From Candidatus Latescibacterota bacterium (GTDB taxonomy: Bacteria; Latescibacterota; UBA2968; UBA8231), in assembly GCA_965248265.1 (NCBI GenBank), contig CBDFJF010000002.1, forward strand, positions 2,336,001 to 2,400,000: a stretch of 64,000 nucleotides of DNA, read 5' to 3'. The notes under the pieces are model-generated. The model saw nothing but the letters and a program-made list of their open reading frames with translations, was not told the origin of the DNA and searched no databases. Made by a program: the position numbers and the translations under genes. Each line of letters starts with the position of its first letter. The stretch's first letter is position 1. Positions 51,282 through 60,907 of the stretch are shown here, piece after piece.

Positions 51282-51368
51282 TCTTATCCGTCCATTTCAT
51301 TGTTCAAGCGAGACGATCCTTGTCACAAAGAGAGCGCGATCAGCCGTCCCCTTCTGGTAGGGCACCTG

Positions 51369-54300
51369 ATGCAGCATCGTAAGAGCCAATTCATCCGACG
51401 ATGCCACATCGTCCTCTGCCTGAGCCTGCTACGGCTCGGACCAGCAGCCGCGCAGACCCTATTCACAGACGTGACAGACCAGGTTGGTTTGGACATCTGG
51501 AGCGCTCGAAACGTGGCGTTTTGCGACTACGATAACGATGGATTCCAGGACGTGTTTCTTACTGAGAACAACCCAACCGGCGTGAGACATGTGGCCCTGT
51601 TCCACAATACGGGGAATGGCCTCTTCGTGGACCAAACCTTTCTCATCCCCGCAGATCTCCATGCTCGGAGGGGAGCCGCCGGGGCGATTTTTGGGGATTA
51701 CGACAACGACGGCGATCAGGACCTGTTCCTGCCCATTTTTCCCCACAATGCTTTGTTGCGCAACGAACAGGGCCGGTTTGTACAGGCTGAAGCCGGAACC
51801 GACCTGGCAGATAATTTGAACATAGACAATGCCATCTGGCTGGACTACGACCGGGATGGGAATCTGGATCTCTACGCCTCCTCATTTGTGTTTCGAAACT
51901 CGACTCCCAGTTCGAACCGCCTTTTCGGCAACAACGGCGATAACACCTTTACTGACCAAACGGCCGCCGCGGGTCTGGACATATTTTTCGACCCGATAGG
52001 TGGTGGATCCCGCGGAGGGATGGCGGCCGGTGATTTCAACGACGATGGATGTCCTGACCTCTACCTGGGTGTCGCCCAACACGCGAACCGCCTGTTCTTC
52101 AACGACTGTCAGGGAAGTTTTGAGGATGTCACCACCAGTGAGATTGGCGATGAGGGAGATGCGTTCACCATCACCATTGGCGACATCGATAACGATCTGG
52201 ACCTCGACATTTTCCAGGGAGCGGGAGGGTTTGACGTGGAAAGCGGATTTCGCTCTCTGTTGTTGATGAACATCGGCGACGGGCAGTTCCTGGACGTCAC
52301 CGAAAGTCTGGGCCTGGCGGGGTTGGGGATCGCTGTAGCGGGTACTGCCCTGGCAGATATCGACAATGACGGTGATCTGGATCTGTTCGTTGGATATTCG
52401 GTTGACGAGTCGGGTGCGTTCAGCTTTCTCTTTCTCAACGACGGCAAGGGCCAATTCACAGATGAGACCGCCTCTTCAGGCATTGATGCCTTCGGGGCGT
52501 ACGCCGCCTTTGGCGACTACGACGAGGATGGCTTCGTCGATCTACTGTTTGCTGAATTCGCGCCGATATCGAGGACGTCATTCTACCGCAACACCGGCAA
52601 TGACAATCACTGGCTGCGTGTAGAGGTCGTGGGCCAGACGAGCAACAGCAACGGCATCGGTGCGCGGCTCATCGCTTCCTCTGGAGACCTGGTTCAGATG
52701 CGAGAGATCTTTGGCGGCCTGGGTCGCCATCAGAACGAACCGATCGCGCACTTCGGCCTGGGATCCCGCACGCTGGTCGATCGCCTGGAAATCCGCTGGC
52801 CCTCGGGTCAGGTCGATGTGCTCACTGACATCCCCGCCGACCAGAAAATCCGCGTCATCGAAGGCGGGGACGACTACCACGTCGTCCACCCCACGGTCTG
52901 GGAGCGTCCGCCCCCTGCTCTGGCAGTGGGATCGACGGGCGAGCTGACCGCAGTGGTGCGCCCGGCCCTGTTTGAGGAGGAGGCCGAGATCACCCGAGTC
53001 ACTGCCGATCTGGGCAATGTGGGCGGCTCGATGGATGTCGCCCTCACCCCTGGAGATGATGGGACCTATCGACTGAAATCGACCTATGATGTCAGTGGTC
53101 CCAATCGGGTGGAGAGTATGTCGGTCACCATTGAACAGGCCACCTCACTCGGGCCGTATTGGACGAACCTCTCCAGCTCGATTGACCTGTGGCCGGCTGA
53201 GGACGTGGCGGTCTTCACCGATGCGGAAGCGGACAATTGGACCTCCGTCGACTGGCCGCCGGTGATCAATCTCACCAACCACCCAGCGGAGGACGGTAGT
53301 TATCCCACGTGGTCCCCGGACGGCACCCGAATCGCTTTTCGGTCGGACCGTGACGGTAATTTTGAGATCTATGTGATGGATGCGGACGGCAGCAACCCGG
53401 TCAATCTGACCGACCACTCAGCGAGTGAAAGATCCCCCGCATGGTCGCCGGACGGCACGAAGATCCTCTTCACCTCGAATCGGGATGGCAATGAGGAGGT
53501 GTATGTGATGGATGCTGATGGATCCAGTCCGACCAATTTGACGAACAACCCAGCCCTGGATGCTGGTAGACCCGCGTGGTCTCCTGACGGAACGCGCATC
53601 GCCTTTGCGTCTACACGGGATGACGATTTTGAGATCTATTCGATGGCGGCGGACGGGACGGACCAGATCAGACTGACTGACGAACCCGCGTTCGATTTGT
53701 TGCCTTCCTGGTCACCCAACGGCACCCGCATCGCTTTTCGGTCGGCTCGTGACGGTAATTCTGAGATCTACGTGATGGATGCGGACGGCAGCAACCCGGT
53801 CAATCTGACCGACCATTCAGCGAGTGATAGTGAACCTTCCTGGTCTCCGGACGGCAGCCGGATCGCCTTCAGGTCGAACCGGGATGGCAATTTGGAGATC
53901 CACGTGATGGATGCGGACGGCAGCAGCCCGGTCAGGCTGACCGATCATTCAGCGTTTGACGGCCAATCTTCCTGGTCTCCTGACGGCACCCGCATCGTGT
54001 TTCAGTCGAGTCGGGATGGCAATCGGGAGGTGTCTGTGATGGATCTCGCAGCGAAGGTCGAAATGAATCCTGCACAGCACTCCATCGTCTATCAGGGTCA
54101 AACCGCATTCGAACTGAAGACCGATGGCTTGTGGAATGTGACCTGCGTGACGGATGCGCCGCTGAGTACCGTTGGCTACGAGACCCTGCACTTTGCCTTC
54201 CATCCCGGCGATACGCACGTCTCAGATGAGAACTCGTTTCGCGTCGAGATCGGCGAGTTCACGCTCGGCGGGGTTACCATTGACGTGCTCGGGGAGGCGG

Positions 54301-54785
54301 TGGTGAGCCCCGGCATAGATCTCGAGGTACGGGACTGGCAGGTGGTCGAGCTACCGCTGGAGTCGTCCGAGCTGCTGGCGTCGATCGATCGGGTCATCTT
54401 CAGCGGCAACCTCACCGGCACATTCTATCTCGATGATATCCGACTCGTGACCGCATTTGAGCCAGCGACGGTCGTCGAGGAGGACCTATCATCTGCTCTA
54501 CCCGAAGAATTCGCTCTCCATCAGAACTTCCCCAACCCCTTCAACAGTGGCACGGTGATTCGCTACGCCCTCCCGCAACATGGTGATGTTGAGCTAACTG
54601 TCTACAACCTCCTCGGGCAGAGGGTGATGAGCCTCGTGCAAGGATCCCGGCAAGCCGGCTCCTACACCCTGCGCTGGGACGGCCGCGACTCTGGAGGCCG
54701 CGAACTGGCCAGCGGTGTATACCTGTATCGGCTACAGGGAGGAGGAGGTCTGGTGGAAACCCGGAAGATGCTGTTGGTACGCTGA
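51369..54785 (+). CDS. Secreted FG-GAP + ASPIC/UnbV + TolB-like (PD40) propeller protein with C-terminal sorting domain
   Basis: Signal peptide (...GPAAAQ), DYDNDG repeats, HFGLG..WPSG, six WSPDG-type repeats, NFPNPFN...ASGVYLY. Confidence 0.88.
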   Translation: MQHRKSQFIRRCHIVLCLSLLRLGPAAAQTLFTDVTDQVGLDIWSARNVAFCDYDNDGFQDVFLTENNPTGVRHVALFHNTGNGLFVDQTFLIPADLHARRGAAGAIFGDYDNDGDQDLFLPIFPHNALLRNEQGRFVQAEAGTDLADNLNIDNAIWLDYDRDGNLDLYASSFVFRNSTPSSNRLFGNNGDNTFTDQTAAAGLDIFFDPIGGGSRGGMAAGDFNDDGCPDLYLGVAQHANRLFFNDCQGSFEDVTTSEIGDEGDAFTITIGDIDNDLDLDIFQGAGGFDVESGFRSLLLMNIGDGQFLDVTESLGLAGLGIAVAGTALADIDNDGDLDLFVGYSVDESGAFSFLFLNDGKGQFTDETASSGIDAFGAYAAFGDYDEDGFVDLLFAEFAPISRTSFYRNTGNDNHWLRVEVVGQTSNSNGIGARLIASSGDLVQMREIFGGLGRHQNEPIAHFGLGSRTLVDRLEIRWPSGQVDVLTDIPADQKIRVIEGGDDYHVVHPTVWERPPPALAVGSTGELTAVVRPALFEEEAEITRVTADLGNVGGSMDVALTPGDDGTYRLKSTYDVSGPNRVESMSVTIEQATSLGPYWTNLSSSIDLWPAEDVAVFTDAEADNWTSVDWPPVINLTNHPAEDGSYPTWSPDGTRIAFRSDRDGNFEIYVMDADGSNPVNLTDHSASERSPAWSPDGTKILFTSNRDGNEEVYVMDADGSSPTNLTNNPALDAGRPAWSPDGTRIAFASTRDDDFEIYSMAADGTDQIRLTDEPAFDLLPSWSPNGTRIAFRSARDGNSEIYVMDADGSNPVNLTDHSASDSEPSWSPDGSRIAFRSNRDGNLEIHVMDADGSSPVRLTDHSAFDGQSSWSPDGTRIVFQSSRDGNREVSVMDLAAKVEMNPAQHSIVYQGQTAFELKTDGLWNVTCVTDAPLSTVGYETLHFAFHPGDTHVSDENSFRVEIGEFTLGGVTIDVLGEAVVSPGIDLEVRDWQVVELPLESSELLASIDRVIFSGNLTGTFYLDDIRLVTAFEPATVVEEDLSSALPEEFALHQNFPNPFNSGTVIRYALPQHGDVELTVYNLLGQRVMSLVQGSRQAGSYTLRWDGRDSGGRELASGVYLYRLQGGGGLVETRKMLLVR
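53270..54045 (+). repeat. Intragenic PD40 tandem repeats (~132 bp units, six copies)
   Basis: 53321-53428 and 53720-53827 are near-identical at nucleotide level (cggcacccg.atcgcttttcggtcgg...gcagcaacccggtcaatctgaccgacca.tcagcgagtga). Confidence 0.85.
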
Positions 54786-54789
54786 CGCC

Positions 54790-55160
54790 CCATGAGTTGC
54801 TAGAAACTGGCCGCCCTCGTACCGCCGCCACGGCTCAACCTGATACGCTACCACGGAATCCTGGCATCCAGCGCCCGAGATCGCGCCAAGATCGTGCCCG
54901 GACGCGCAAACGAGCCAGCACAGTCCGAGTCGACCCATCAGCCCTGTCCTGGTGCCAATTGCTGGCGCGGGTGTTTTCGATTGACGTTACCGAGTGCCCG
55001 GACTGCGGTGGGCAAATGAGAAGGAAGTTTGCCTTCGGCAAACTTTGAGAGACCGGTCATCAGACCGGTCTCCATCATCGCTGCCCTGACGGACCGCGCC
55101 TCGATTCGAACTTACCTTGAGGGCGTCGGCCTGCCCGCTCGGCCACCACCCATCGCACCG
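54790..55160 (+). mobile_element. IS91-family (Y2/HUH) transposase C-terminal remnant
   Basis: Fragments LAALVPPPRLNLIRYHGILA, WCQLLARVFSIDVTECPDCGGQMR and IIAALTD...LEGVGLPARPPPIAP. Confidence 0.8.
55021..55072. repeat. Double-hairpin palindromic insertion (REP/MITE-like)
   Basis: AAGTTTGCC-TTC-GGCAAACTT (55025-55045) and GAGACCGGTC-ATCA-GACCGGTCTC (55049-55072) interrupt the GGQMR|IIA motif. Confidence 0.75.
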
Positions 55161-55202
55161 GACATTTTCACGGAAGTAGTATCTCATCGCCCACTGACGA
55201 CA

Positions 55203-56159
55203 TTACGAACGCCCGCCGAGGTGACGGTGAAACCAGTCTCGTGTGCGGCGCCACATCTCATCCGACAGCACGTGGCCGGTGTCCGCTTCTATGAAATGAC
55301 TGAAACGGTCCTTGGCACCCGCCTTGGCATAGGCTCGGCGGATTGTCTCGACTCCAGAGCGCACTTCGTCAATCGGGCTGCCCCCGTCCCGATCGCCGAA
55401 ATTCAGGTGTAAGGCTCGTGGGGCGATCAGGCCGACCAGGTCCGGCGTGTCCCCATATCGAGACAGACCGGGGATGAAGTTGGGGAAACAGTGTAGCAGG
55501 TGCATGCGTTGGATGGCGGCGTAAGCGGGCAGACAGCAGTTGCCGACCAGGCACTTGAGCCGCGGCTCCCAGGGACCCACGAGCCAGGTGTGGGTCGATC
55601 CCATGGAATGGCCGTAGCACCCCAATCGCTCCGGGTTGACTTCGGGCCTGCCCGACAAGTAGTCTACGGCTCGCCGCATATCGAGAATGTTCTTCCAAGC
55701 CATGGACTTGCCGGCCACGACGTATCGCAGGAATTCGAACTGTTCATAGCTGCCCCCTTCGAGATGTTCGCTCTGCCGTTCCTCAAAGCAAAGGGCGTCG
55801 GGACAAAGGACCACATAACCTTCTCGTGCCAACGCCACACCGGTGTGGTGCATCGGGTTGCCGGACAAACCCGCAGGTTCGCTTTTTCCCAGATGCCACT
55901 GGCCGTTGTGTTGGTGCCAGATACAGATCCCCGCTGCCGGTCGATCGGCAGTCGCGCGGTCGGGAACCAGCAACAAAGCGGGCACGCGGTCGCCCGGTTC
56001 GACCTCGTACGTCAGCGACTCGATGCGATAACCGTCTTTCGTCGTCGTCGCTTTCAACTGAGGTTTCAAGTCACACGGTTCGGGCCAGGAGCCGCCCAGG
56101 CATTGAAGCGCCCTGTCGCGAAAGTCCGTATCCTGAGTGCTTCTTGCGGTGATGGCAAT
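55203..56159 (-). CDS. Dienelactone hydrolase-family alpha/beta hydrolase
   Basis: WHQH, GYVVLCPD, GHSMG nucleophile, LIAPRAL, GH. The frame stays open upstream of 56069 (DFRDRALQCLGGSWP) to ATT 56159 after GAAAGGA. Confidence 0.8.
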   Translation of the reverse strand: MAITARSTQDTDFRDRALQCLGGSWPEPCDLKPQLKATTTKDGYRIESLTYEVEPGDRVPALLLVPDRATADRPAAGICIWHQHNGQWHLGKSEPAGLSGNPMHHTGVALAREGYVVLCPDALCFEERQSEHLEGGSYEQFEFLRYVVAGKSMAWKNILDMRRAVDYLSGRPEVNPERLGCYGHSMGSTHTWLVGPWEPRLKCLVGNCCLPAYAAIQRMHLLHCFPNFIPGLSRYGDTPDLVGLIAPRALHLNFGDRDGGSPIDEVRSGVETIRRAYAKAGAKDRFSHFIEADTGHVLSDEMWRRTRDWFHRHLGGRS

Positions 56160-56217
56160 TGTCCTTTCGAAGCCGATCGCGAAAGATGCGGCCGCATGGC
56201 CCGGGCAGCCAGAGCGA

Positions 56218-57081
56218 TCAGCGGCGCGCTAGGCAGTACTCGTACAACCCGCTGCAGTTCAAAATGGGGACACCGTTAGCCTTGGCAACTTCGATCAACC
56301 CGTCCAGGTGTACCATCTCCGGGTCGAAGCGGTATATCGACCACGGGTGATAGGCGGGCGCATAGACGAGCTCGTTGTCTATCGCATACTGGAATTCTCG
56401 TGCACGCGCGGCATAACCCTCCTCGATCGTCTCGGGGATCTTTTCGAGCAAGGTGCCGTCCGGGAAACCGACCTGCGGCTCGAAGTCGTCGCTCTGACCG
56501 CCCGTGTTGAACAGCATATTACAGTGCCAGCCGGTGATCGGCTCTTCCAGCAGGTCGGGGAAGCCGTCGTCGGCGTACCAGTACGGCTGCGTGAATGGCG
56601 CCGGCATGGGTTGTTCCGGCGGACCCACGCCGTCGGTGCCGATGAAGCGGTATCCCTCCTCCGACATTACCTGCAGGAGGTCGGGGCGGCCTTTCAGTCC
56701 TCGATGGAAATTGCCCGGCGCGCACATGCCGATCGGTTTCTCACCGAAGAATTCCACGATGCGGTCGGATGCCGTCCGCAGCTCCCTGCGCAGCGTATCG
56801 GGTGCCTCCGGTCCATCGTTTTTTAGACATACGTGGTGGTAGGAGTGGGACTGCACCTCGACGAGCGGCGAGCGCCTGAGGATGGAGGCGAGGCGGTCGC
56901 CCGCTTTTTCGAGCAGCAAACCCACGACGAAGAACGTCGCCGGCACGTTGTGTCTCTCGACAGCTCTGCATATCGCCGTGACCGCGGCGACGGCTTCGTC
57001 GATCCACTTGCTCCAGTTCACCTCGGTCTGCTCGCCGCCCAGTGCGTAACCGCTCTCCAGATCGAATCTCAGAATGAACAT
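56218..57081 (-). CDS. Polysaccharide deacetylase (NodB/CE4-like)
   Basis: FDLE, PATFFVVG, SHSYHH, YHPW; RBS GGAGG before ATG 57081. Confidence 0.85.
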   Translation of the reverse strand: MFILRFDLESGYALGGEQTEVNWSKWIDEAVAAVTAICRAVERHNVPATFFVVGLLLEKAGDRLASILRRSPLVEVQSHSYHHVCLKNDGPEAPDTLRRELRTASDRIVEFFGEKPIGMCAPGNFHRGLKGRPDLLQVMSEEGYRFIGTDGVGPPEQPMPAPFTQPYWYADDGFPDLLEEPITGWHCNMLFNTGGQSDDFEPQVGFPDGTLLEKIPETIEEGYAARAREFQYAIDNELVYAPAYHPWSIYRFDPEMVHLDGLIEVAKANGVPILNCSGLYEYCLARR

Positions 57082-57345
57082 GCGGCCTCCTGACTCAAGC
57101 TTCGAAGGCGTACTCTCAAGTTCAGAGGGATGTGATCGGGAAATCGTCGCTCGTGGAAGCATGAAAACAGCTCACTCCGCAATTCGTCGACCCTGGTCAT
57201 TTCTCTTCCGCTGCTCAATGGTAGTTTCTTCAGGCTGCTAGCGTTCATCAAACACCTGGAACAGCGCAATGTCAAGAGCAAAAGAGCCAGCAGTAGTCGG
57301 ATTCGGCCTCTGACGGTCAGCGGCCAGCGCCTATACTCCCCGAAC

Positions 57346-57420
57346 ATGAACGGCCTCTCCTTCACTGCCCGCGTCCCCGTCTTCGACGCGAATGTGGGCG
57401 TCGGCCACTTGGACGACTGA
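57346..57420 (+). pseudogene. N-terminal remnant of an amidohydrolase-like gene
   Basis: MNGLSFTARVPVFDANVGVGH then stop; DAN-x-x-x-G is a common amidohydrolase beta-1 motif. Confidence 0.45.
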
Positions 57421-57506
57421 CGCTACCTGAGCAAGTTGTCATGCTGTTCGGCGATATTAAACGGTCACTGCACAGTGCCGGCATACGAGGAAGGCACCAG
57501 CATTCT

Positions 57507-57712
57507 GCACGCATCCAACGACTGGACCAATCCCGACAACCCGCGCTGTGCGGTGTTCAACTGCTACAAACTCCATCTGGTCTCAGCGGCGCCGGCTCAA
57601 CGGGGCACACGAGGTCATCGAGGCGATGCCGCCAAAGCGAAGAACCCTTTTCAGGGGGACGTGGGAGTTGGGCGGTAACACGGAATACTCGTCAGAGAAT
57701 CGGGCGTTGTAA
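57507..57712 (+). pseudogene. Diverged copy of the 3' end of PhyH gene 49562..50380
   Basis: Aligns with 50176-50380; about 26 differences in 206 bp by manual count, including a +1 insertion (ctacaaactcc). Confidence 0.9.
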
Positions 57713-57757
57713 GACTGGCGTGAGACCGTAAACGACAGCGAGAGAGAGTGAGACAGG

Positions 57758-58555
57758 ATGAAAATAGGAGTGTACGCGTCCATGTTCGGTGGTGACGATC
57801 CCCCCACCCTGGAATCGGTAGAGAGCTACATCGACTACGCCGGGGAGCTGAAGGTGGAGGTCATCGACATGCGCGGTAAACGGGGCTTCGAATCCCACGA
57901 CCATGACTACCTGCTCGGGATCAAGATGCGCTGTCTGCGCGCCGGCCTTGCCGTCGGTTACGTGGCCTCGGGTGGTCCCCTGTTAGGCACCGACGAGGAA
58001 GTCGAGGCGAAGATAGCACAGACACGGGCGGATGCGGAGGTCGCCTCCTTCCTGGGTGCTCCAATGATCCGCGTGTTCTGTGGCAAGGCGCCCGAGGACG
58101 ATGAGGAGAAGGAGCGCGAGATTCGGCATCTGCAGCGGGCTTGTGACCTGGCTGTGGAAGTGGGGATTGCCGTCGGTCTGCAGAACCATCCGTCAACTGG
58201 TGACGACATCCTGCGCATGTGCGAGCAGACGGACCGGGACAACTTCACCGTGATCATGGATACAGGGCAGTGGGAGGGTTCTCCGGGTCGCAACAAGGGT
58301 ATTGGCGATCCCGCTCATGACATCTATAAATACATGGAACAGACTGCCGCGCTCACCTCACATGTGCGGGCAAAGTTCTACAAGATCGACAGCGGCAGAG
58401 AAGAATGGCTCGATTACGAACGCATCATAGGCATCCTGAAAGACGCGGACTTCAATGGCACGGTGGGTGTGGTGTACGAGGGCAAAGACATCAACAACTG
58501 TGATGACAAGGAAGTAATCCGGTTAGCGGTCCAGCACCTGCGCGATCTGATATAG
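57758..58555 (+). CDS. Sugar phosphate isomerase/epimerase (TIM barrel), copy 4
   Basis: IRVF, LQNH, DTGQWEGS, RAKFYKID, WLDY, VYEG; homologous to the 35.4-38 kb trio. Confidence 0.85.
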   Translation: MKIGVYASMFGGDDPPTLESVESYIDYAGELKVEVIDMRGKRGFESHDHDYLLGIKMRCLRAGLAVGYVASGGPLLGTDEEVEAKIAQTRADAEVASFLGAPMIRVFCGKAPEDDEEKEREIRHLQRACDLAVEVGIAVGLQNHPSTGDDILRMCEQTDRDNFTVIMDTGQWEGSPGRNKGIGDPAHDIYKYMEQTAALTSHVRAKFYKIDSGREEWLDYERIIGILKDADFNGTVGVVYEGKDINNCDDKEVIRLAVQHLRDLI

Positions 58556-58599
58556 CGCCGGCTACTCAGACGAGGTGCTTGTGGTGCGGCCATTGTCGG

Positions 58600-59475
58600 T
58601 CATGATGCCTCCGGCGCGGAGTACCTGGCCTCCCAGGCTCTGGCCTCGGGGAAGCCGATGAGTTCGTCCAGTTCATTGAAATCCGCCATCTCGTGGGGGG
58701 CCGCCTGCGTGGTACCCGTCTCTTTCAAGGCAGTCAGGGTTTTCTGAATAGTCCGGATGCACCGCAGGATGAGGGAGTGGGGGTAGGCGGCAATGCTGAA
58801 ACCCATACCTTCGAGCTCGCCGGTTGTATGGAACGGCGTTTTTCCACCTTCGATCATGTTGGCCATGGTCGGAACTCCGAATGAGTCGGCCGCTGCCTTG
58901 AGCTCCTCGTCCGTGGTCGGGGCTTCGAGAAAAACGACGTCGGCCCCGGCTTTCTCGTAGAGCTTGCCCCGTCGCACCGCTTCCTCAAAACCCAGAACCG
59001 CAATGGCATCGGTGCGTGCGACAATCAAGAAATCGTCGCTACGCCGAGAGGCGACAGCGGCTTCAATTTTCAGCGCCATTTCTTGTGCTGTGACGAGGCG
59101 CTTGCCAGGTGTGTGGCCACATTTTTTCGGCATTTCCTGATCTTCGACCTGAATGGCCTGGGCCCCAGCCTGCTCGTACTCCTGCACCGTCCGCCGCATG
59201 TTGAGCGCGTTTCCGTACCCGGTGTCGCCATCGGCCAGGATCGGCAGGCTGACGCAACGAACCAGATTGTGAACCCGCTCCAGCATCTCGGAGAACGTGG
59301 CCAGTCCGGCGTCGGGCACACCGACGTGGGAAGCCACGTGGGCGTAACCGCCCAGGTACACGGCATCAAAACCGGCCTGCTCGATGAGTTTGGCTGAAAT
59401 CATGTCATAACAGCAGGGTGCGACCAGGATTTGATCTCGCGCCAGCAGTTGCTTCAGTGTCATCTGATTGTCCAT
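58600..59475 (-). CDS. Isocitrate lyase/PEP mutase family (2,3-dimethylmalate/methylisocitrate lyase-like)
   Basis: ADGDTGYGN, VEDQ, KKCGH, ARTDA, ANMIEGGKTP. Confidence 0.9.
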   Translation of the reverse strand: MDNQMTLKQLLARDQILVAPCCYDMISAKLIEQAGFDAVYLGGYAHVASHVGVPDAGLATFSEMLERVHNLVRCVSLPILADGDTGYGNALNMRRTVQEYEQAGAQAIQVEDQEMPKKCGHTPGKRLVTAQEMALKIEAAVASRRSDDFLIVARTDAIAVLGFEEAVRRGKLYEKAGADVVFLEAPTTDEELKAAADSFGVPTMANMIEGGKTPFHTTGELEGMGFSIAAYPHSLILRCIRTIQKTLTALKETGTTQAAPHEMADFNELDELIGFPEARAWEARYSAPEAS

Positions 59476-59569
59476 AGCGTTGGTGTAGCTTTTCAATAGT
59501 CGGCTGTGCAGACGGGGAACAAGGATAAACGGCATCGTCGGTAGTGTCACGGGCTCGCAGGCCCGCCGG

Positions 59570-60769
59570 CTAAACGATGTCCGGCGCCAGCGGATCGATA
59601 CTGGCACCCGTAGGTCGTTCGCCTCGCGGACGGAAGGGCATCAGGTCATACGATTGGTAGCGGATCTCTCCCAACTCGGCGCTGGTGTCGATGATGCGGT
59701 GACCTTCGTGCCGCGAGTTCATGACCGCATCGATAACGCCGGTCGTCAACAGGGTCCTTTCGGGCGGGTAGGGGGCGACGCCGGTTTTCAGGAACTGTTC
59801 GACGTTCTGGCACAGATAGCCGAAGTGGGCGAATGGACCCTCGTTCTGCAGGTAGAACTCGACGGCGTCCACATGCCCATCGCGACGGCGGGCGGCGTAG
59901 GCGAACTCCTGGACCATCCCGTCGAGATGCAGCACGGTACCCTGCAGTCCGTCCGCGTAGCGCACGAGAAAGACGGCCGGTTTCTCGCAGTCAGCAGGAT
60001 CGTCCGAGCTCTTGTGCTCGCAAAGCCCCAGGGCGGCGGCGGCCAGGTCGCCAGGCCATTCGCCCCGGTCACGGGCGTGCCATACGTCGTCACCTTCCAG
60101 ACACTGCACTGACACGACACCGGATTCACCCCCCTTCCGTCGCTCCACCATGCACTGCATCGTCTCCAACGCGTGGAAACCGTAGGCCTCGATACTTCCG
60201 TAACTGATCGCCAATGCCTCATCTAATTCGATGGAGTCCTTGTCGTAGTCCAACCAGGGATGCCGCCAGCACAAGGGCAGTGAGGATCCGGCCATCAGCG
60301 GGATCTTCAGCTCGGCGGCGCGATCCCACATCCAGCGGGCATCGGCGAAGCTGTAGGCCAGGTGCTTGTCATTGAAGACCGGCACGTTGCGGCCGCTCTC
60401 GGCGAACACGCCGGCGATCTGCTCGAAGAAATAGCGCCGCGGGTACATATGGCGCTGCCGTTCGTTCCAGGGATAGTCACCGTGTTCACCGATGAGGAGG
60501 ACGCCATCGACATTGAGCTGGTTGCTGCCCGCGTGCAGGGCGCGGCGGATGCTGGGGTAGACAGGCACGTCAAATTGCTCGGCAATGTCCAGACCGATGT
60601 CATTCTCCAGGGCGTGATCCAGGTAGATGGAGACGACCTCGAGATCGTCGAACGCGTACCGGCCTTCGTCAATCGATGCGCCCTTGAGGAACTTGGTGAC
60701 GATGACGTCGGCGTGAGACTTGGGATGGTAGATGGTGATGATGGCGGCGACGCGCAGGCGATCGGTCAT
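59570..60769 (-). CDS. Gfo/Idh/MocA-like hypothetical oxidoreductase
   Basis: SHADVIV, VDGVLLIGEHGDYP, PVFNDKHL, MAGSSLP, YGFHALE, ERTLL. Confidence 0.7.
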   Translation of the reverse strand: MTDRLRVAAIITIYHPKSHADVIVTKFLKGASIDEGRYAFDDLEVVSIYLDHALENDIGLDIAEQFDVPVYPSIRRALHAGSNQLNVDGVLLIGEHGDYPWNERQRHMYPRRYFFEQIAGVFAESGRNVPVFNDKHLAYSFADARWMWDRAAELKIPLMAGSSLPLCWRHPWLDYDKDSIELDEALAISYGSIEAYGFHALETMQCMVERRKGGESGVVSVQCLEGDDVWHARDRGEWPGDLAAAALGLCEHKSSDDPADCEKPAVFLVRYADGLQGTVLHLDGMVQEFAYAARRRDGHVDAVEFYLQNEGPFAHFGYLCQNVEQFLKTGVAPYPPERTLLTTGVIDAVMNSRHEGHRIIDTSAELGEIRYQSYDLMPFRPRGERPTGASIDPLAPDIV

Positions 60770-60907
60770 GGGTGGACTCCTGATATCTATGGCGCCGGGC
60801 CCTTCAACTCAATCGGTATGACTCTTGATCCTTACTGGTGACCACGGTAGACTGCAAACGCCGCCCCGAAGTGTCAATCATGTCAACGGCAACCGGAGGA
60901 GCCAGCA

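Noticed and set aside
53270-54045. CRISPR-like repeat array
   Set aside because: The repeats are in-frame PD40 protein repeats without unique spacers; no cas genes are present.
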